64,000 nt of DNA from Octopus bimaculoides (lineage: Eukaryota). The notes below the pieces were generated by a model. That model had not been told where the DNA came from. It saw only the letters and a program-made list of their open reading frames with translations, and ran no database searches. Both the position numbers and the translations under genes were made by a program. Each line of letters opens with the position of its first letter. Position 1 is the stretch's first letter. Below are positions 1-12,100 of this stretch, one piece after another. The stretch lies in assembly GCF_001194135.2 (NCBI RefSeq), contig NC_068982.1, positions 104,598,991 to 104,662,990 of the forward strand. The letters are read 5' to 3'.

Positions 1-59
<59 letters not shown>

Positions 60-88
60 ATGTATATATCTATATATATATATATATG
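1..88. repeat. (TA)n microsatellite
   Basis: Direct reading. Other long (TA)n at 452-476, 9107-9139, ~14333-14379, 24452-24486, 24896-24938, 47127-47176, 47495-47552, 57551-57604. Confidence 0.95.
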
Positions 89-294
89 TAAAGAGAAATA
101 GAATGATAAAAGTGAGAGAGTAACAGAAAAGGGGATCATAGGAGAGAACCAAAGTAAGAACATGTTAGAAAAGAGTGTAATAGAGAAACCTAAGGGAGTA
201 TAGGTGAGAGGGTGACAGGAGAGAATAGCAAAAGACAAAGGAAACATGGACAAGAAAGATTCTAGTATAGATATTAAAAACCTTCAACAGGAGC

Positions 295-478
295 AGGAGT
301 GGCTGTGTGGTAAGTAGTTTGCTTACCAACCAAATGTTTCCAGGTTTACTCTTACTGTGTGGCACCTTGGGCAAGTGTCTTCTACTATAGCCTTTGGCCA
401 ACCAAAGCCTTGTGAGTGGATTTGGTAGACGAAAACTGAAAGCAGCCCGTCATATATATATATATATATATATATAAA
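295..478 (+). mobile_element. tRNA-derived SINE with CORE-like segment (5' half; its microsatellite is interrupted by the Tc1)
   Basis: GGAGTGGCTGTGTGGTAAG head, GGCACCTTGGGCAAGTGTCTT (CORE/MIR-like from memory), then (TA)n. Same family at ~9148-9470, ~14225-14515(-), ~20145-20310, ~23700-23850(-), 36246-36625, ~40320-40710, ~46950-47110. Confidence 0.75.
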
Positions 479-498
479 TACATACATACATATACATA

Positions 499-1746
499 CA
501 GGGGTTGGACAAAATAATGGAAACACCTAGCATCATAATTTTGAAATATCTATAAAACCGTCAAAAGCTTGTTTATTTTTATGTTTTTTAATTTATTACT
601 AGTGCTGCTTAATATGTTTTGCTAAAATTGCTGTTTCTTTTCAGATATTATCAGAAAAAGATAATTAAACTCATTAAAATGACAGATCTATCGAACTTTC
701 AAAGAGGTCAAATTGTTGGTGCTTGTGTGGCAGGCGCTAGCATAACGAAAACAGCCAAAATGCTTGGTGTATCAAGAAGTATTGTCTCGAAAGTAATGAT
801 AGCCTTTGAGAAAATGGGAAAACCCCCTCATCAAAAAAAACTCTGGAAGGAAACCAAAATTTCCAGATAGGGACCGTCGGACTCTAACGCAAATTGTTAG
901 CAAGGATCACAATAGTACAGCTCCCAAAACTACTGCAGAGATTAATGACCACCTCAAGAACCCAGTTTCCACAAAATCTGTTTGCTGGGAGCTGCACAAA
1001 GCCAGATTTCACAGGAGGAATGCAATCAGGAAAGCACTACTTTCAAAAACAAATGTTGCAAAGCATTTAGAGTGGAGTAAAAACCTACAGAATTGGTCCC
1101 TAGAGCAGTGGAAGAATGTTATTTTCTCGGACGAGTTATTCTTTACCTTATTTCTGACCACAGGCTGAGTATATGTGTGGAGACAGCCAAAAGAAGCATT
1201 TGATCCAGACTGCTTTCTTCCAACTGTTAAACATGGAGGAGGATCTGTGATGANNNNNNNNNNGATATCTTGGAAATCTGCCAGCCCAATGGTTTCCCTT
1301 CATGGTAGAATTAATAGTCAAGACTATTTAAACATTTTATCTGATCAAATTCATCATATGGTTGCAGGACTGTTTCCGGAGGGAAACCCAATCTTTCAGG
1401 ATGATAATGCACCAATTCATACAGCTAAAGTTGTTACTGAATGTTGTTACTAGTGAAGTTGAACATCTTATATGGCCACCACAGTCCCCAGATCTCAATG
1501 TTATTGAACATTTATGGTGCATTTTAGAAAAACAAGTAAGGTGTCGAAATCCTCCACCATCATCACTACGAGAGACTGTTTTAACTGAAGAATGGACAAA
1601 AATTCCTTTGGAAGCAATTCAAACGTTGTACGAGTCCATACCTTGTAGAATTCAAGCTGTAATTACTGCCAAAGGTGTTCCTACCCCATATTAAAATAAA
1701 TTTGTTTGAAATTTTAAGGTGTTTCCATTATTTTGTCCAACCCCTG
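499..1746 (+). mobile_element. Tc1/mariner DNA transposon, full length but inactivated
   Basis: Perfect 30-bp TIRs CAGGGGTTGGACAAAATAATGGAAACACCT (499-528 / 1717-1746) and TA target duplication (497-498, 1747-1748). Transposase from ATG 679 to TAA 1694 in broken frames: HTH, GRKPK, IFSDE, FQDDNAPIH, WPPQSPDLNVIEHLW. In-frame TGA at 1166-1168, frameshifts and a 10-N gap. Confidence 0.95.
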
Positions 1747-1844
1747 TATATATATATATACATATATATATTTGTGTGTGTTTGTGTTCATAATTATTTA
1801 GCTCTTTATCTGTCAGTACTGTCAAGAAAATCAATAATCTATCA

Positions 1845-1869
1845 GTTTCCTTTTTTAACTATTTTCCAG
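1845..1869 (+). promoter_or_regulatory. Splice acceptor preceding the ARL13B ATG exon (implies a 5'UTR intron)
   Basis: GTTTCCTTTTTTAACTATTTTCCAG ends at 1869, 56 nt before ATG 1926. Confidence 0.45.
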
Positions 1870-1925
1870 AGAGTTAATTTGATAACTTATTACAACTCAC
1901 CTGTACCCATCCAATTGGAAGAACA

Positions 1926-2276
1926 ATGCTTACAGTGTTTAGAAATTGTGCAAATCTATTGATTAGTAAGTGTAAAACCAAAAGGTGTGTATTATTGATT
2001 ATACAATTTACTTTGTTCTGAAAGTAGATGAATGACAGAAAATGTCAATGTGTTACCTGAGATAATTTTGTTCTTGCCTTCTAAATTTTAAGTTCAAATC
2101 CCACCAGGGTTGATAGATTAAGTACCAGACATCTACTGGGATCAATTCATTTATCTTTTTCTCATCAATATCTCTCACTCCCATCACTTGTCTCCTTCCT
2201 TTCTCATTCTTTCTTTCACCTTCACACCATTCAATATAGCTTTCGTATCCAATCTCCTTACCGCCAACTAACATGT

Positions 2277-2350
<74 letters not shown>

Positions 2351-5300
2351 ACTACTTCTCCTCCATCACCCTGGCATTCCATTTACCTCATCATAATTTC
2401 CCTTCTGTCACCCTTTTATTTTAGTTCTGTCGTCTTCATTTTTCTCTTATTCACTTCTTGACCACCATGTTCTCTTGAACAGATAACAGAGCAGAGAGGA
2501 TCTTTAACCTTGCTCTGGACAAGTTAACCTTTCTCATGCTGGTCCTATGATAAAATGCACCCAGTACATTATGTAACATGGTTAGTGAATGAATAATAAT
2601 AGGGTTGAAAGGACTCTATAGTCTTGCCAAGGACATGATAGCCTCTGTGGTTTGATGAAGGCAGTATGAGCTAAAGTAGCTCATTCTAGCTTCATCTAAC
2701 AGATACTGGCATGTTGAGAAGAGAACAAATTCCACAAAAGGATCCATATGTTCCAAACGTTGGTATTCAGTATTTCTATAACCAGGAAACTTGTTCCCTA
2801 TGAACTGAGTACCTCTATTGTTTAGAGTTAGTTAACAACTGGTGTCTGAAAAGAAAATTTTTTGTTTATCTCTTTGACTGGATGCCAATGTATGAGCTCC
2901 AAGCATGTTACTCTAGGTAGCGGGTGGCACATGAGATGCACCATTTTGAGCGTGGCCGTTGCCAGTACCGCCTGACTGGCTCCCGTAGGATTTTCGAGTG
3001 AGATCGTTGCCAGTGCCCCTGGACTGGCTTGTGCGGGTGGCGCATAAAAGACACCATTTCGAGCGTGGCCGTTTTCGTGCGGGTGACACGTAAAAGCACC
3101 CACTACACTCTCTGAGTGGTTGGCGTTAGGAAGGGCATCCAGCTGTAGAAACTCTGCCAAATTAGATTGGAGCCTGGTGTTGCCATCCGGTTTCACCAGT
3201 CCTCAGTCAAATCGTCCAACCCATGCTAGCATGGAAAGCGGACGTTAAACAATGATGATGAATACTCAGAACCCACCATTCTCCTTAGCCTCACTTCTCA
3301 TGTGAATGTCCAAACTTATTGACAAAGACTCATTCACCAACACACTACAAGCACCACTAGTTTACAAACGCTTTTCCTCCTTTTTTTCTCTTCTACTACC
3401 ACAGCTGTTTCTGCCTCGTGCACAAGTCTACGCATGCACCCACATCTTCTTGTAATCCCTATTGTATATCAACACTATGTTAGTAACACCCATCACTATA
3501 CAAAATTACTCTTGAATTTGTCAAAATCACTATTTTCAGAAATTAAACCAGTTTTGTACATATAGTTTCTTCAAAGTTTCTCATTATTTCTATTGATGAC
3601 AGCAGTGGATTGGCAGAATGTTTAAAAAAAAAAAAACTGGCATTAAGAAAAACTTGCTGCATTTGTTCTGGCCCTTTATGTTCTGAGTTCAGACCCTGGA
3701 GTACCTCTAGGGTAGATAAAATAAAGTACAAGTCAAGTACTAGTCAAGACTTGATTGAATTATTTAAACCTCTCCTACCAAATTTCTGGCTGTGTATTTA
3801 TGTTGGAAACAGTTATGTCTATTAATTAACTTTTTCTTTCTTCCTTTCGAAGTCAATAAAATAAGTACCAGTTGACATCAGGGTCGATGTAATTGACTTG
3901 ATCCCTCCCCTGAAATTACTGGCCCTGTGCTAAAATTTGAAACCAATATTATCAGTGATATTTTGTAAATTATTAGCAGAATGTTTTACCATTTCCTTTA
4001 TATCTCTTTCAGAAAATTGACATTTGCTATTCTAGGTCTTGATGATGCTGGTAAAACCACTACAGCAAAGGGTCTTTCAGGAGGTGAGTTTGTTTATTAT
4101 GTGAGTTTTTTGTATTTGCTTTACATCACTAAAATGAGTTAGAAGGTCTTTTTCGAATTTAGTCTGGGGCCACACCACATGCTCTCATGTTGTGTTGACT
4201 TACATGAAGTGTATTGTGACAGCTATGAATGTTACTGTTTGGTCTGTTTTTAAGTGTTACAGCCAAGTACAGAAATTTAGTGAAAAACTTAGTGATTGGG
4301 AATTCATTTCTGTGCTTTCAGAGATTGTTATTTTATACATCATGGAGACGCAATGACCCAGTGGTTAGGGCAGCGGACTCGCGAGCATAGGATCACGGTT
4401 TCAATTCCCAGACCAGGTGTTGTGAGTGTTTATTGAGCGAAAACACCTAAAGCTCCACGAGGCTCCGGCAGGGGATGGTGGTGAACCCTGCTGTACTCTT
4501 CCACCACAACTTTCTCTCACTCTTACTTCCTGTTTCTGTTGTGCCTGTAATTCAAAGGGTCAGCCTTGTCACACTGTGTCACGCTGAATATCCCCGAGAA
4601 CTACGTTAAAGGTACACGTGTCTGTGGAGTGCTCAGCCACTTGCACATTAATTTCACGAGCAGGCTGTTCCGTTGATCGGATCAACTGGAACCCTCGACG
4701 TCGTAAGCGACAGAGTGCCAACAACAATTTTATACATCATGTACATGGCATAACAAGATTCTGGCGTAATTAAAAGGGAAACATACTTGATCTTGTAATT
4801 TCCGAAATTGCAGACAGGGACAAAAAGGATGAAGACATAATGAGAATGATTAAGGATTAAGGAGCAATTATATAGAAGATGCTTTTTTTTTACACTTCAC
4901 TCAAGCCAACAGATAGCATTGGTGGATGGGTGTGGTATGATAAAGATTTTGAGATCATGAATGGAATCTTTGTTGTAAACAAAGAAGTTTATAAAGATAT
5001 ATTTGTGAACCAGGAATAAATGACCAGAAGGCATGATTAGAAAATTTGCTATCAACAAGTGGGACTGAACATAAGGAAACATTCATTTTGCAAGAGCAAT
5101 GAATACTTGGGACAGCTTTTGGGAAAGTGTGGTAAATTCAAAATCAGTGATGGACCATGTCTGGAAAAATACATGCAAAGATTCATCCATAGCATCAAAC
5201 ATACATAGCCACCATGATCACCACCAAATGAAACAGAATTGGTGCCATAGACATATTATCAGAAGTCCTTTGGGAGTTGAAATCATTTCAGTAATGCATT

Positions 5301-8300
5301 TTATGTTTGTCTAGATTAGGTGAAAGAGCACATTATTAGAATGATAATATTGTATACAGCTCAGTGATTAGAGTGTCAAACTCACAATCATGAGGTAATG
5401 AGTTCAATTCTCAGGCCAGGCTGTGTGTTGTGTCCTTGAACAAGACACTTTATTTCACATTGCTCCAGTACACTCAGCTGTAGGATTGAGTTGTGACATC
5501 ACTGGTGCCAAGCTGTATTGGCTTTGCCTTTCCCTTGAATAATATCAGTGGTACAGAGGTGGGAGGCTGGTATGCATGGGCGACTGCTATTCTTCCATAA
5601 ACAACCTTGCCCAGTCTTGTGCCTCAGAGGGTAACTTTCTATGTGTAATCTCATGGTCATTCATGACCAAAGGGGATCTTTGTTCTTTTTCCTTTATTAA
5701 TGCATAGCTAGATATCCATTGGTACTTAATACTCAGGATTAGAAAGCCTAATAACTGGAGATTGATGATAACCAAAAATTAAATTTTATAGTGATCTTGC
5801 ACTTGTGCCCGTGGTATGTGTAAGGACTTTCGATCGAGATCGTTGCCAGTGCCGCTGGACTGGCTCTTGTGTGGGTGGCACGTAAAATACACCATTTTGA
5901 GCGTGGCCGTTGCCAGTACCGCCTGACTGGCCTTCGTGACGGTGGCACGTAAAAGCACCCACTACACTCTCGGAGTGGTTGGCGTTAGGAAGGGCATCCA
6001 GCTGTAGAAACTCTGCCAAATCAGATTGGAGTCTGGTGTAGCCATCGGGTTTCATCCAGTCCTCAGTCAAATCGTCCAACCCATGCTANNNNNNNNNNTG
6101 TAGTGTATCTCAGAGTAATTTTAGCCAATGTAAACAATGTTGTAAATACTATGGATGGTAATAAGTTCAATGGAAAGTGTACAGAGTAGTCCCAAGTGAG
6201 CTTTAGAAAACCAGAGTCAATTAAAACAAACAACAGAAGAAGTAATTCAAGATGCAGCATATATATTAGTAAATCAAAGAACTAAACATTGTTAGTAAAG
6301 AAAATAATAAGGTTATGTTTTACTTGTTATTTTGGTTGCATATTGTATTTCTTTATGATTGTCTTGTTTTTTTTGTTTTTTTGTTTTTTTTCCTTTTCTT
6401 TTAGAGACCAATCATACAGATACAACTGTTACCATTGGTTTTGATAAAGAGGAGATTAAACTAGATAAATATGAAATTACTTTGTTTGATCTCGGAGGCG
6501 GTAAAAAAATCCGTGACATATGGCATAATTACCTCACAGAAGTCTTTGGCGTTATCTTTGTGATCGATTCTAGTAATCAGTCAAGAATGGAAGAAACTAA
6601 AGAGGTTCTCACCCATGTTCTGGAAAGTCCTTTTGTAATTGGAAAGCCATTATTAGTGTAAGATAACTTTTTTTTCTTTTTTGTATAATTTTTATTTCTA
6701 AATCTTTTGAGAATCAATAGAAAGGATTAACTCCCAATAGAAAAAAATAGGTAGGAATTCCATACAGTGTGCCCAATATAAATTCTGGATTTACGAGAGA
6801 TGTAGTGATAATACTTGGAAGGTAGGCTTCATATGTGGCTGATATATAAGAATAGCTAACAAATAGAGCACAGAAAGCTTTTGTTACTTAGGTTGCCTAA
6901 TTAAGAGTAGAAATGAGTGTCTCAAAAGCATAGTTGCTTGAATGAGAACAGGGTGGAAAATGTTCAGGGATTATTATTTTTGTTGGCAACAAAAAGATTT
7001 TCTCTCTGAAAGCAGGACAGATTACACATGATGCTGTTGTATGAGGTGCAATGCTGCATGGTAACAGATTTTCAAAATCCAAAGAGAAATGAAGTAAACT
7101 TGTTTTACTAGCTCTGTAATGCTAGTGTGCATAAGAGCAAAAATGTGCTGAAAGAAAAATTGGAAGTATTGATATGGGTATGTGATGCTTATAAATGATA
7201 TAAGTTGTATAAAAGCATGCCAAATGATTGAAATAGATAAGACTTGTGAATGAGGGTGACCTTGCTTGGAAACAGGTGAGAGTTGATGACAAGAAGAGCA
7301 TACAGTCACAGACAATATGCCTCAACAAATTCTGTCTAATCCATGCAAGCATGGAAAAGTGGACATTAAAATGATAATGATTATGAATCACTGTAGTCCT
7401 ATAAGAATCTTAGTGACAACTAGAAAGTCACAAACTGATATATTTTTTCTGGGAATTTTTACCAAACATTTTAACATTTGTAAGTAGTAAAATGACTGGA
7501 AGTTCATTCTGGCAACTTTGTTGGTATGGCAACCTCACTAATGCTAGCAGCATGAAAAAAGCACCCAACACATGCTGTAAAGTGGTCAGTGTTAGGAAGG
7601 GCATCAGCAGTAGAAAGCATCCATAAACAGACTTAGAACACTGTGCAGTCCTTGGGTCTATCAATCCTCTGGAGCCATCCAACCCATGCTAGCATGGTAA
7701 ATGGACGTTAAATGATGACAATGTTGATGATGAATTTATTTTACTAAACATAAATGTTCAATGCATTTGAAATTATTGATCAACTAATTATAAACTTATA
7801 ATTTCAAAAATATTTATCCTTTCATAATGTCATGAAATAAAAGAAAATGTTAATTTTATGTTTTGTAGGTTGGCTAACAAGCAGGACCAAGCTGGAGCAT
7901 TAGATGAGCTGGATGTCTGTGACATACTTTCCCTTGAATCTTTAGTCAATCAAAGCAAATGTCCCTGCCGAGTGGTACAGAACTTTTTCTTCCTTTTTAT
8001 AACATCTACATTCTTTTTTCTCCAGTAATTTTCAATAGAAGAGAACCTATTGGGTTACAAATTTGGGAGTTCATTTCAGCACATTAGGCAGCAAACTAAC
8101 AGAATCGTTAGTATGTCAGACAAAATGCTATGGGCATTTCTTCTGGCTCTTTACATTCTGAGTTCATATCCTGCTCAAGTCGACCTTGTCTTTCGTCACT
8201 TCGGGGTCAATAAAATAAAGTACTAGTCAGGTACTGAGATTGATGTAATTGACTTACCCCTTCCTTTCAAAATTGCTGGCCCTGAACCCTGCAACAAATC

Positions 8301-9104
8301 AGCATCCCAGTCGGAGGTAATGTTATGATCTTGGTCACACAGCTTGGAACCTGGGTATCTGGCCTTATGGGTCCTGGGGCTAAATCCCCCCCCCCCCNNN
8401 NNNNNNNNNNNNNNNNNNNNNNNNNNNNNNNNNNNNNNNNNNNNNNNNNNNNNNNTCACTCTAATAACCTCACCTTACTGTCAACACATGCAATACCTGT
8501 TGGCTTAAACAGTGAGGGAACCTGTATTGGGTCAATTTATCTGCCAGAAATACCAACCAAATCTCTCCCTTTGAGATACAGGTACTACTCACTTTTGCCA
8601 GCTGAGTGAAGTAGAGCAACATGAAATAAAGTGTCTTACCCAAGGACACAGCATGTCGCTGGGAATTGAACTCACAACCTTGCGATCGTGAACCAAATAC
8701 CCTAACCACTAAGCTATGCACTTTCAGTCTATGAGAAAGATAAAAATGGTCATGGCTTTTATCATGACTCTAGTCAGTCAGGGGTAGCCTGAAGCAAAAC
8801 AACAATAATTACAGTGTGATTTTATATGAAACTCACTATATTTCAATGTAGTAATACTGATGGTTTCAATGTTTACAGGAATCCTGTTCAGCTTCCCTTG
8901 GAAGTGGACGTAAACTAGATAAGAATATAACCAAAGGAATAATGTGGTTGTGTAACATAGTTGATCAACAGTATGATTTCTACAATGAACGTGTTGTGAA
9001 AGAAATGAAAGCCATGTGTGAAGAAAAAAAAATCAAAGACGAAGAGAGGAAAACGAGAGTAAAGAAGATTCGAGAAGAAAGGTATTTTTATTGAATTTTT
9101 GTTG

Positions 9105-9141
<37 letters not shown>

Positions 9142-12100
9142 TACAGATATGGCTGTGTGATTAAGAAGCTTGCTTTGCAACCATGCAGTTTTGAGTTCAG
9201 TCCCACTGTATGGCAGTTAGGCAAATCTTTTCTTTTATAACCCAGAACCAACCAACTCATGCCACCATGGAACTTGGATATTAACTGATGATGATGATGA
9301 TGATGATTGCCTATCCGTGTGTGTGTGTCTCTGTATCTGTATTTGCCACCCTCACCACTGCTTGACAACCTGTGTTGGCTTGTTTACATCCCTAAGTACC
9401 AGAATACCAGGCTTTGAAAAAATCTTTCAAGGTAGTGCTTGAGCATGGCTGCATTCTAACCGAAAAAAGATGAAAGATATCACGCTAAACTTAACCAAGA
9501 TCATTTATAAGTGTATGTGTGTTTATATATATATATATATATGAGTTTCACACATGAAAGATGTGTGGCAAAGGGTGGAAAAGTTTCTCTAAGATGCTCA
9601 CTGGAAATGATTAAAGCTAATATCTGTAAGAATGTTATCAAGTGTCAAAGAGACTATCAGAAACATGTTGTCTTGTAGTCAAAGTTAGTAGTGCTTACAT
9701 AGATTAAACTACAAATAATTATTAAATCATCATCATCATCATCGTTTAACGTCTGCTTTCCATGCTAGCATGGGTTGGACGATTTGACTGAGGACTGGTG
9801 AAACCGGATGGCAACACCAGGCTCCAATCTGATTTGGCAGAGTTTCTACAGCTGGATGCCCTCCCTAAAGCCAACCACTCAGAGAGTGTAGTTGGCGTTA
9901 GGAATATAAAAAGTAAATGATGTCCAGTTAATTTTTTAAATGCTTATCTAATGCATAGAATTGAGTGCAAACTTCAGTTAATGATTAATATTGTGATGCA
10001 CAGTTTCAACAACACTGTATATACTAATGAGCAAAACTATTAAATTTCCATGCTAAGAATTCAGCCCTCCATAATATCATCATCATCATCATCGTTTAAC
10101 GTCGATTTCCCATGCTGGCATGAGTTGGACGGTTCAACTGGGGTCTGGGAAGCCAAGAGGCTGCACCAGGCCCCAATCTGATCTGGCAGTATTTCTACAG
10201 CTGGATGCCCTTCCTAACGCCAGCCACTCCGAGAGTGTAGTGAGTGCTTTTTACATGTCACCGGCACAGGAGCCAGAGGAGCTGGCATCGACCACAATCA
10301 GATGGTGCTTTTTACGTGCCACTGGCACAGAAGCCAGTGAAAGCGGCACTGGCATCGGCCACGTTCAGATGGTGCTTTTTACGTGCTACCGGCATGGGGC
10401 TCACAACTACAATTTCCATTTGATTTGATATTACTGATGTTGATATACTTGACTCAATTGGTCTCTTCAAGCATGGCATGTCACCTATAATCCAAGGTAC
10501 TTTTGAGTAGGCTGGTTATGCAACACTGGTGTAAGTTACAGCTGTGGACTCACTTTATTTGCTGGGTCTTCTCAGTTACAGCATATCTCCAGAGGTCTCG
10601 GTCTTTTGTCATTGCCTCTGTGAGGCCCAACATTTGAAGATCATGCTTCACCACCTCATCCCATGTCTTCCTGGGTCTATCTCTACCCCATATTCCTTCA
10701 ACTGTTTGGGAGTGGCAAATCTTCACACAGCTCTCCTCATCCATCTGTAGTACATGACCATACCAACGCAAACGTCTCTCTTTCACACCACATCCAATGC
10801 TTCTTATGTCTAACATTTCTCTCAGTGCGCTTATACTCTCTCGTGTGTGCACACTGACATTACACATCCAGCGGATCATGCTAGCTTCATTTCTTTTGAG
10901 CCTATGCATGTCTTCAGCAGTCGCGGCCTATGTTTCACTGATGTGAAGCATAGCAGTTTGCACACATGCATCATACAATCTACCTTTCACTCTGAGCGAG
11001 AGGCCCTTAGTCACCAGTAGGGGTAGAAGCTTTCTGAACTTTGCCCAGGCTATTCTTATTATAGTGGTAACACTCTCTGAGCATCCAAATACATAAACAA
11101 TTTGTTCTGAAAGGTAGAATGAACTCTGCCTTCTTTTTTTTTTGCCTCAGTGTTATTATAGAGTGAGAAGTTTGTGTGGGAATGTTTGCCTCTAACAATT
11201 TAGCTAATGTGTGTGTAACTATAGAAAATATAAGTATATGCACCATGTTGAACATATAATAGCATTTATGTTTGTTTATGTGTGTACATACATGTAAATC
11301 ACTTAACTTTTGCTTATTATTCATTCCTAATTGTTAATTGCTAATCACTCTTGTGATACAAATTTCTCCATTCTTGAAACCATACTTCATAATACCTAGA
11401 AACTGTCTTAGTAAAACATAAAAACTTTGCAGAAGCCAATAAATATTCTGTTGCTTTTAAGGGAAAAAGAGCAAGAAAAGCCAATAGAACTTTCTCCTCG
11501 CTACCCTACTCCTGACCAAGAAACTGGGGACCCGTTTAAGAGACTTGATGGTGCATATTTTGCCAAGGTACTGTATAATTTATTCTTGACAGCTTGTATT
11601 CTGTAGCTTTCTTGTCTTTCATTTATACTCCTTTTCTTTCCATCTACAATCTTACACATTTCTCTTTACACTTTTCTCTACTCTTCATCTTCCTTCCTCT
11701 TTTTGTCCTCTTTTCTCTACTCTTTTCTCCTTTTTCTCTTTAGCACCTTTTACATCTCTAAATCTTTACAGTATCTTGAACCTTATAATTCAAAATACAG
11801 ATATGACCAGTGGTGGCTCATGTATAGGCACTGCAGAACTGCAGCACCCCCTATTTCCAGTCAATATTATCAATAATATTCAATATAAAAAGTCCTTTTT
11901 TCTTTAATTCTTTCTTTAAATTTGTACATTATATAATCCTTAAGCTTAATGTCAGTAGCCATCCCCTAGTTTATGAAAAAAATGCAAAAATCCTTGTATA
12001 GAACTGTGCTTCACAGTTCCAGCGATGCAGTATTTGGCTGTTGTGCACATGCTCATGTGACCGAGAGAGGAAGTTTCACACTAGGGAGAGAGAGAGAGAG

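Noticed and set aside
2053-2382. ORFs such as ERERER..., YIYIYI..., HTHTH... and the X-rich ORFs at 8223-8609 and 24361-24885
   Set aside because: They are translations of microsatellites or N gaps.
2467-2478. ACCACCATG TTC TCT, resembling the human ARL13B start MFS in a good Kozak context
   Set aside because: TGA follows at codon 4. The ATG at 1926 gives a 59-nt exon with the correct phase and Cys8.
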